From positions 4,516,722-4,580,721 of the forward strand of contig OZ037766.1 in the NCBI GenBank assembly GCA_964035545.1: 64,000 bases of DNA. Reading direction: 5' to 3'. The translations under genes were made by a program, and so were the position numbers. The stretch is from Bugula neritina (Eukaryota > Animalia > Bryozoa). Below the pieces are notes generated by a model, which saw only the letters and a program-made list of their open reading frames with translations, was not told the origin of the DNA and did no database searches. This document shows, in pieces, positions 53,646 to 64,000 of the stretch; the stretch's first letter is position 1; every line of letters begins with the position of its first letter.

Positions 53646-55489
53646 CAATCATTTAAAGTTAAAGATGAAACCAAGTTCTATATAACAAAGAACAATAATG
53701 AATGAACTACTACTAATCAAAATCAATGAAACATTCGTTTAATTTCAATTTGAATAACAATGACAAAGGTGATGCCAACTTTAATTATAATAGCAAAAGT
53801 AATTAAATTTACTGAGTTACTATTTCACTTTAAATATTTACTTCCAGTAATACTAATACCAATGGCAATAGTTATTTTTAATTTTAGCAATCTATTTCCA
53901 ATTTTATATTATTAAATTTCAATTCAATATGAATATATTTTTCTCATTGAATAATACGACTCTCACTCTATTAAGTTGACAATTTACATTCTGTGCAGAC
54001 TAGCGATTTTAGATCCAAGCTACTAACAACTTTCATGAAGTATTGATAACATTAACAACTATATAACAACTGTAGCATACGAAATCTGATAACGACATGT
54101 GCCTGTGGCGACTTTCAGTAAATAATCAATGAGTTACTACAAATCACATGACCAGTCATGTGACTATGAGCACAGTCTACTCAAGTAGAAAAGACAACTC
54201 AATTCGAATAGAAATACTAGCACCTGTGCATATGATTAGCTATGAAGGTTGTGCATCACACTTACAAATATACACAATCATGTAATTTTTTATATAAAAA
54301 CCATAGCAAATTCTCATTTTTAAAGTCACTAGTTACTCAAACTTGATAAAAACCTAGTAATACCTACACTTATATATTAATTTACAAATGAGAAGTGCAG
54401 GATTCTTGTGCTTAGCTTTGACAAAGTGTATTATAAACTAAAATAATATGTCTTGATTAAGCAAAAATATTACAAGTAAACCACATATGCGGCTAAAAAT
54501 ATATTCCATATATACTTTTATTCCAATACCTAGATAGAATGTTATCATTATACTCATACATAGCAAACAGGAAGTGGCAAACTCTACAACACAGTCAATC
54601 TGAAAGTGGTTAACCATTTTACATGTATGAGAATTTATATATAAATAATTATCCTATATAGCTTTGAGATAATTTTTATAGGCCATTGCTTCATTATAGT
54701 TTATATCAACTAACCAAATGGGTCATAAAATTGTGGTTTGACATCCGATCAGATACTAAGCCTATGGTGTGTTGGGCATAGCTGAGTTGTACAGTACTGA
54801 AAGTTACATACCCTATTACTTACCAATGCTTTATACACATACCACAGTTGACTATATCACTGTGATATGTAAATGTATGCACAGTTAACACTTCAATTTC
54901 TATAATGTTACTGTAAGAACTACCTCAGGTACAACATTATTAACTTCTATGAATAATGCATACCCATTAGTGGGAAAACAGGGCAAAGTGATGGTCTAGT
55001 AGTTATAGTAGTTAGGGGTGCAGTGTATGGCCCGCTAGACAAGGGGCGCAAACTTTTGAAGGACCATAGGTGATGTCAGGAAGAATTTGTGCTACTTAGG
55101 CACAATCTATTGAGTTTTAGTAGGAATGGAGACAGCGAGGAGCTGACTTTTTATTCTAAACATACTTCAGGAGCTGCTAAAAAGTATTAATAAGATACAT
55201 CATGTTTCGTGATGACTAGAACCCCATCATATATTGCACAATGATACATTATCCGATATCACTATTAAGAGTGAAACCATTTGTCAAGATGCACATTTCA
55301 GGAAAAAGAAGTCATGCACAATTCCGTGCAGAAAATGCAGAGTTGTACAGATAATGGCTTCATTCAAAGTTTGATGGATGATTTTAGCTTTTGAGTATTT
55401 GACCTTGGTGGGGGGGGGTGTTGAGACCCTAAAGCCAGACTAAACTGTGATGTGCTATTTTAGGCTATTATGTGTGTAATCAGACTTAG

Positions 55490-55606
55490 CAGTACTCCGA
55501 ATAGTACTATTAGTACTACTAGTACTCCGAATAGTACTATTAGTACTACTAGTAGTACTAGTACTACTAGTAGTACTATTATACCTATTACTATTAGTAG
55601 TACTAT
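55490..55606. repeat. AGTACT-based tandem/low-complexity repeat (30-bp duplicated unit)
   Basis: agtactccgaatagtactattagtactact x2, followed by (agt/act)n. Confidence 0.8.
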
Positions 55607-58600
55607 CAGTTATACTAATTGCTGGTCGGAATATACCTGCTGCAGAAGTAGTTACTGGGGTTAGCGATAAGCTACCAGGTCATTTTGACGACGCAGACCC
55701 TGCAAGTTGCTTGCACCACTTTTTAGAATATTCACTCTTACTTATCAAAGAGCTTACAATAATAACCTATAATTTGCAAGCATTTTTCTATCAATATTTA
55801 GGTTGTATAAAATGGCTTACCATGAAAGATATAAGTAGGCTGAAGCAAGAATCATAACTGCTATTGGATGTTAATAGTTAGGGTTCTGGCACCAAAGGTA
55901 AGTTCAGGGCAGAGACCAGAAACAATTATGATTATGGTACAGCAGTGAGAAGTATTTAAATACTATTAATAATCAATACACAGTTACTGTAAGGTAGATC
56001 AACATATATTAGGTATGCTATTTCACAGTGAATCAGTAGAACATTTCCTAATTCCAAGGCCAATGGACGTGTGCTACTTGATTAGCAAGACGAGTACAGA
56101 CAAGTCCAACAGTACCTGAAACTTGCTAATTATGACCATATTATATTGGAAGTGGGAAATTTTGAATATGGACTTATTGCAGTGGTTCATGTATATGGGA
56201 ATACCTGAATAGAGAACATAGTAAGAATAGAAACTTATAAGGTCTTTACTAACCTACATGCGATAATATCCTTGACTCGGCATGCTCACAAGTCACAACT
56301 AGTACTACGTGTGATTAACACACAACAGATACTGATAGTGGGATACTAATAAGGTATTATATTTTGGATACTCACACTGAATATTCTTATTAATATCTGT
56401 TTATAACAATAATAAATCAATACATTATGATTATATAATTTGTAAAGAGTTCATTGATTTTGTGTGATGGTGACCTACCCATAATCGTAATGTTGAGTGA
56501 TTCCACAGCTGGAAGAATAATCCTATAGAGTAGTTAGATATCCTGCTTCTTCAGCACAATTATAGTCCAGACAGCAACTAATGCAGGCTGAGTATATAGA
56601 AATGCAGCGTATTGTAATCATGTGCAAATTTATATAGCAATGAACTTATAATTACTCGTGCCAATACGAATATATATGGAAACTGCCAGCTACTTATGTG
56701 TGTATACTACGTAGATAGTAGACTAGTTGCAGGCTAATAATTTATATGTAACATGTTATATTGACATAAGGTCAAATGATCAGTCGCTCAGCCAGCAATG
56801 GAAATCTTTGAGCGAATAAAGGAGTATTATATTTCATTCGATGGCATAAAGGAATGCTTATTCTGGACTTGATATAATGATGTGATAAACAAGAATGTGG
56901 TATTTTAAATAAACTTGAACTGCGGAGACATAATAACCCACCCTTTAATTATACGAACAATTTGTAGAACTCTGTATTTCTATAGTTACATACTCATGCG
57001 TGACTGGTATGAGATAACAAAGCCATGACTGTCAAATATTTAAATGAATTGCAAAGTTACTGAAGATATATTGTGGAAGTAGTGAAATTTATTTTGTATA
57101 GAACTAATGGAAGCAAAATAATACTATGCTTTCCTTATATTTTCTCATTTTTCCTTTATTTCGAACAATAGAAAACCAAACCCAAAAACTAGAATGATAA
57201 GTTATTAAACTCTTTTGTTTTTGGCATGTCACCATTTAAAATTTGTTATAATGAGCCAGTGTTACAAGTTCTATTTCCATTGCATGGGACACACTAATTT
57301 TGCTTTATATTGAATTAATAATTTTGCAGGTGTTTTATCCAAATTATAGAAGTTTTTCGTAAAAAAATTCGTTAATAGCATTACCTGCATTATAACAAGT
57401 ATTGTTGCAAATTAGAATAATATTATGATTGATGCTTTTTCTGGCTTTTCTTGATGTTGCAGTAGTTATTGAAAATAAATCAATTTAAACCAATGAAGTT
57501 ATCTACTTTTATAAACACAAGAGAAGACAACTCTTAGTTAACGGCTCGCCGAGCTACAAAATAATTATTGCTATTCTGGAATCCTGATTTGATAACGGGA
57601 TAGCTGCTTATACCAATAAGGTGGATTGTAGTAAATTCAATTCATAAGTTTGGTTGCCCAAGTAATAGAATAAAACTTATTTCATTTGAATTTTTGCTCG
57701 AACTTGATTAAAGTTGTTAGAGTGGTTTAGATTTAAGTATGTAACATTCATTTGCTTTCATTTTACTATAAGTATGATATTAATAATGAAATTGAAAGTT
57801 GTCAGTTAAACTTAAACTTAAAGTCAATACAAATTTGAATTTCACGTGTCATAAAGTTCTCATAGTCATAGTCATAAGATTATCAATATGAATATGTATA
57901 ACATTAACTGTATCATTATGATTATCATAATGATAATGATTTAATTTTATGATAATCACGATGATTATTATTATAATAAAATTATCATCACAACATTAAT
58001 GTGAATGCCAATATCAATATGAGTAAAACTAAAAATCAAAAGAAAGGTGCCAGTGTTTAAAATTTTGAATGACATTATCATTATGGTTATGATCATCATT
58101 AATGATTATGATTAGGTTAATAATTATTATTATTAATTTTAAGATTAACTCTTAGTTTAAGCACAGCTGCATAACTATAAGTATAAGTTAGTTAATAAAA
58201 ATAAGTAAAACCATAAGCTATCTGTTATACCAATTACTATAAGTATAAGATTAAGTATAACTATGAATAAAAGTATTACCATTGGTATTAGTTTTAGCAT
58301 AACTATAATAATAAAGTATAAATGCTACTCAGTTTCATAATCACTTAAAGTTAATCATAGGCTAATACTAATAGTAATAGTAATGAATAATGATAATCAT
58401 GATAATAATTTAAATTATTAGTAATATTATACTAATAGTAATACTGATACTAAACTACTACTCATACTCATACTCATAGTCATACTGTACTAGTCACTAG
58501 TGGCAGTGAATGAGTGTCAGTCTAGAACTAGCACTCTTAATAAAATTTGGAAGATGAAAAACTAAATAACTAGTATTAATAGTTACTTTTATTATTTAGG

Positions 58601-60509
58601 CTTTCACCTTCTAGATAGTAGATACTGATAATATTAACTTTGAGTGTAGCTTTTGCTCCAGTTTTTACTTTAAGTTTAAGTTAACACATGCCTATGCCCA
58701 TAGTCATTGTGATTGTCATGTTATCATTATGATACTTTTTCTCAGAAAATCCAGGTGTTAGGATTGTCACAGTCTCTCACTTAGTCACTCACTCAGACAA
58801 TCGCAGTGACTGAAAGTTAGTGACAGTGATATTCATATTCATAAGTGATAATATTATTAACCATGGCGAATAAATACAATCGTCAGTAATTGCATGTAGC
58901 TTCATATTTATTGTGATTGTGATTATCTTCGAATCCCATTGACATTGATATTGAATTTGATATTGATTTGATTTGGTTACCAAATTGAGAAATTCATTTT
59001 GAAACTGATTGGAATATTAACTTAAAAACAAAGCAATAATAACTCATAGTTGAGTAAATATAGCAGCAACTTTAGCAGACGATCACATTGAGATTCACGT
59101 TCAAACTGAAGCTACTTCCCAGTTGCATTATCATTATCATTATGGTCATCACATGATTGTGATATTTATTACAATTATGTTTATAATTATTAATGTTAAT
59201 ATTATAATGTTGAATTGAAAACATTGGAGTTAATACTATCAGACAAGAGCTCTAAGAATAGTTCTTATACTAAGCTTATTTATAAAGTTCTGGTGAAAAT
59301 TGGTAAAAGTTATTTAGAAGGAATTAATTTTAATAAACAATTATTTTGCGAGACAAAATACTTCTAAGAAAATACTAACCTGCTCAAAATTTCATCAGGG
59401 TGTTTTATATTAGGTCAAATATTCAACAGAATTTTTTTTTAATTGTTGTAATTTAAATACATTGCATTAAGTTGAAAGATACTTTTTGAGTACTTTTTTC
59501 ATTATTAATATCATAAAGTATATTTTTACAATGTAAGAAACATTATGTTGATAAAAACCATGGAGTATCAAGCTCCTTGAAGATACAAAAGCGGATCAGG
59601 TAGCAGGTGAATACTTTACAGGCATAAATTTCAATTTTTGTTGCATTTGTAATTTATTTCTGCCAATTTTCTACAATAAATCATTTTTGTTGAAGGTGCT
59701 AATTCACACATTGAAAGAGAAACATGTCTTCTGCTAGCTTTACCACACCTGTAAAAAATAAGACTCCGCAACTGATGAATGCAATTCATCTCTCCCATGG
59801 GCAGGTACAGCTTCAATATATAAAAATACTTTAGTTTATTGTTTCATCACATGCATGTAGCTTACATGATGTTATAAATATGCTCAATAATGTGTGAATA
59901 ATAATTTGTTGCTGTATTTAAAAGTAGTTATGCCAACAAGTAAACTGTTTTGTAATTTGACAATTCATGTGTTAAGGGTTGGGAGTTGAACTTTGTATAT
60001 TGAGCTCTCCATTACTATTAATTTAGTTAAATTGGCATCTTTCATTCATAAGTGCTTCATATCCATGCATGTGTGCCATTATGTATACTTTAAATGTGTA
60101 TTTTATATAATCTAAAGCTGATTGAAAATTGTCACTTTTGTTTTTTTAACTTGGAATTGACACAACTTTATCTATAATTAGCCAAAAACTTTAAGTTCTC
60201 TTTTATATATGCAAGGAATTTTCCAATGTTTATAGGCTATCATGTATATATCTCTCTATACCAAATTGGTAAATATGGAATTAGAAATCTGAGTAACTAA
60301 AAATATTCAGAACATGGATGTACTTATCTTTTCAACCATTGTATATGTTATGAGTAGTGTTTTTGTTGGAAAAATTACTTGAGCTTGCATATATTACCAA
60401 CAATGGAAATGGTTGTACAGGTGTAATCCATTGCTTTTCAGTTTGATTATTTTCTTTCAAATGACACTAAACACTATTTTAGGACATCAGTACCCCAACA
60501 TTCCCAAAG

Positions 60510-63500
60510 ATGGGTTGTGTAAGTAGCGTGACATGCTTTGACTGATATTTCCCTATGTGCTCTCAGTCTAAGCTTACACCACTGAGTTGTACCACAGTGT
60601 GCGTGGCCTAAAAGACATCCAATGACGCTTGTTTGTGATACTTAACACTTTCAGCACACTGTAGTTACTAGGTGTGACGTGATGCACTTTTGTGTTGAGT
60701 TGATTTCTAATTTCTAAGGCTTTGATGTAGCCTTGGATTGCACTTGTAAATATATTTTAGGGAACTCCAGTGTATAAAAGACCCATGTCCTACACTCCTA
60801 TAAAACCTCTCCCAACTAGAAAAGAGCTGCTTTCCAAAGAGCTAGGTCTAAATTGTAAGTTTTCAAGCCGCTGGCTTGTATATAGAATTATAATTATTTC
60901 GTTTATCACAATGACAGATACATTTTGTCTAGGTATTTATATTTTTATACTCGTATAAGTTTTTTGTAGCTATCAATAGTAAATGTGTTGTAGATGAAAG
61001 TGATGGGCCACAGTCTAATTCCTCTGAAGATGGGCCTAGTGACATGACACAAGTAGACTCCCCGAGTGTTCGAATAGGTAGTTGTTCACCTCGTATAGTA
61101 GTCTTACACCCTTTTTTATTTCACCTTAAAATGTGGCTACCTCAGGGTTTGATGGCCATGTATTTGTTCACTTTTAAAAGCCAATTAGTTTTTCTGAGTT
61201 TTTTTTTATATATTTTGTTTTCAATTCTGTATAAATTCCAGTTATTTATTTGATGAGCTGTGTATTTATTCAGTAATATTGTATTTTTATGTTCAGTGAA
61301 ATACAATGCATTAAAGAAGCAAATGAAGACAATGTCAGAAGAAAGGGATAATCTATTACTAAAGGTACAGTTTCTCTAATCACACAACATATTATATACT
61401 CCTCTAGTAATTCTACTATTGCCCATTACATGTTATTTCCAATGTTTTGAAATTTTAAAAGAAAATTTCTGCAATTTAGAAATATCACTTTTAATTTCTA
61501 CTTATGCTGTGCAGTATATACAACAGATAATAGTCTAAACAAGCTAATTTGTTTTCTGTTCTCAAGAACCCTGTTGTCCTCTTTGTTTATTCAGTAGCTG
61601 AATAGCTGCTACTGCAAGCTATTTGCATAATAGACCTTTACAGTTGAATAACAAGCTTTGAGTTAGTAGACTTCATTGAGAGTGTTGGCCGCTAACTGTG
61701 CAGCTAATGTAGAATGTGAATAATGATAGACAAAGGATATTATAAAGCAATATTTTATTATACAGGATTCTTAAAGACTGGCATTTTGGTATTTCAAGCT
61801 GTTTCTTGAAGTGGTTCCTTGCAGTGAAATTTCAGTTCTATGACTGAAAGCTGCATCAATTTGATTATTATCAAACATGCATTAAAAGTTTTATAGTTTG
61901 TATACACATTAGCATATAATACAAACCTACTGTTCAACAGTTGACTGGTATCTCTTAGTCAGCTTGTATGACTAATATTATCTGCAAAGGGGAAAACCAA
62001 GGAAAAAATGCATATAAATGCCATGTAATCTGATCTACTAGTTTACCTATTAATGAAGCATACATGTAAAAAGTCTGATGAATGTGAAAGGCACTAGTAC
62101 TAATAGTTCAGAAGGAAATTTTGAAGTTGTCTCATCTTCAGATATCAAAGTTAAGGGAACAATTAAAGCAGCAGAAGAAGCAGATAGAGACTGAGGAGTC
62201 AGATAGAAAGAGTCAACTGCACATCATGAAGAACACATATGAACAGGCGTCCAGTGATAAGAACAGAGTCATAGAGTTGTTTGAGTCGGTGGTGAGAGAG
62301 CAGGAGTGCGAGCTAGAGGAGTTACGGAAAATCTCCGACACTCGCGGTGAGGGAGATGTTTGATCTATGTTGATGTTGTTTTTAGAAACAATTGTACAGA
62401 TTTAGTGTGAGTTGAACTAACACTACAAGATACCTTAAAGAAGTTTCATAGTTTCTCTCATTAGAAGGGAGAATTTTATATTCTATTTTCTTGAAGAAAT
62501 TCCGGTAATCTCAAAACATTTAATAAATTTGCTGGTCATGTTACATGATTGATATTCGGATATTGTTTTATTTAGAATTATTCATACATGGAGTGTCTTG
62601 TAATGAAACTGCATATTATATATTGTATTATATATTATTTTACTATATTATATATAATTATATTATATATTATTGTATTATATTATATAAACCCGGCAGG
62701 TCTAGGCACGTGCGTGGATTTTCCCAACAGTCAGGGCGGTACGGCCATCAGTCGTCTCACGACTCAACTCAATCAAGTCATTCAGGAGAAGAACGACATT
62801 CTCGCTCAGTTCTGCTCGCAGCAGTCCCTCATCAAGGAGCAGCAGACGGAGGTGAAGGGGCTGCTGCGGTGTAAAGCTGAGAACGCTGACCTTCAGTGTC
62901 AGGTCTCCAACCTCAACAGAACTGTCGCTGTGAGTATACGGCAGCGGTTGCTTTCATACTGGCAGCAGTTTAGCCATTTGCTGTACTCTCTCTATACAAT
63001 GGTCTATTAATGAGTAGTTTAAGGTATACGATGTACTTATAACCTAATATTTAGTGGCTAAAGTCTGGTGAATAACCTCATGTTGAATAGAGGAGAGAGC
63101 TGTAGCACTTTTATTTTATTGCATTGTATTGATTTCACTTCTCTAAGTGGTAACAGGATTGCCATATGTTGTGTGCATACGACATCAGTTTTATGGACTT
63201 GTCCACTCATTTCAATTTAGCAAATATTGTAAAAAAAATGAAATTAGTGAAAAGTTACTTTTGCTGCAACCTCATTGGTCAGTTTAAAGATGATCTGGGT
63301 TTTGCAAGTTGCAAATTTTGTCGACAGTTTAAAGTTACTTTATAATGTAGTCTGCCTGTCACGCTTACATGATAGCACTGACGGGGAGACAATTCTCAAA
63401 AATTAATTTGTGTAGCCTTTTTTTGCCTGTAATGAAACTGCGTTTGAAAAATAGTATAAACAGTTTATGTTACCGAGTGTTAGAATGAATTAGTGTTAGT

Positions 63501-63815
63501 TCAACTGTTGTATGTATTGAATAGACAAAACACTACACTCTATATATTGTTATAAACAAGTAACAACTTCCCTGATTCATGCTTGTTGTGACAAGTTTGC
63601 TTTGTTTGTTCTTGTCCTGTCGACTCAGCAAAGCATTTGGTGTGTTGTGACAGAATTTAACGAAACAATCTGAAGGACACAAACAGAAGTTGAGTGTCTC
63701 AGACAACGAGGTTGCTAGACTGAGATCTGAAGTAGAAAGGTTACGGCAGGCTGCAGAAACTACCCTCAGTAAACAGGCAGTAACCAAACTAGAAGAACAG
63801 AATACCAAGTTACAA
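60510..63815 (+). CDS. 5' part of a long coiled-coil protein (incomplete, continues beyond the window)
   Basis: Exons 60510-60518 (ATG GGT TGT|gtaagt; open in frame from the acceptor at 60483), 60761-60854 (or -60845), 60994-61077, 61297-61364, 62142-62346, 62700-62929, 63654-63815, phases consistent. Heptad-rich E/K/Q/L sequence. The window ends on an acceptor-like tttatacag. The start codon is uncertain. Confidence 0.8.
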
Positions 63816-64000
63816 GTATGTTTGACTAATCTCTGAATTCTAAACTATAATAAAGATTCTGTAAATGCTGGAGAGGATTACTCCAAATTGTGTTGAATAA
63901 TGCTGTTAATTCAGTGAGTGTATTATGATTTATATGCAGCACAACAGTTTTTATTACAAGCTAAGTAACTGTTCCCTTACTGTCAGCTCTATTTATACAG

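Overview
AT-rich (roughly one-third GC by eye), intron-containing eukaryotic DNA with GT-AG introns, most likely an invertebrate animal. It is not prokaryotic, and I found no CRISPR, rRNA or tRNA. I reconstructed four spliced genes by hand, checking splice phases: (1) dymeclin DYM (+, 1807-7145, 6 coding exons, ~647 aa); (2) convergent with it, a CDH23/Cad87A-type cadherin (-, 8634-32368, 32 core exons, ~1920 aa: signal peptide, 14 EC repeats, membrane-adjacent domain, TM, tail ending TTEV); (3) a Ser-rich coiled-coil protein, possibly CCSER-like (-, ~46301-53277); (4) the 5' part of a long coiled-coil protein running off the window (+, ~60510-63815). Introns and intergenic DNA hold a CAC-ended non-autonomous DNA transposon, a small palindromic MITE family, minisatellites and a ~690 bp (CA)n tract. 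The most notable signals are a cluster of frame-preserving candidate microexons with RBFOX motifs and alternative PDZ-ligand ends in the cadherin tail, a ~400 bp near-perfect intergenic fold-back downstream of an orphan promoter-like patch, frame-switching terminal microexons in gene 3, and 3/6-bp-periodic AT-rich tracts near the inferred gene 5' ends.
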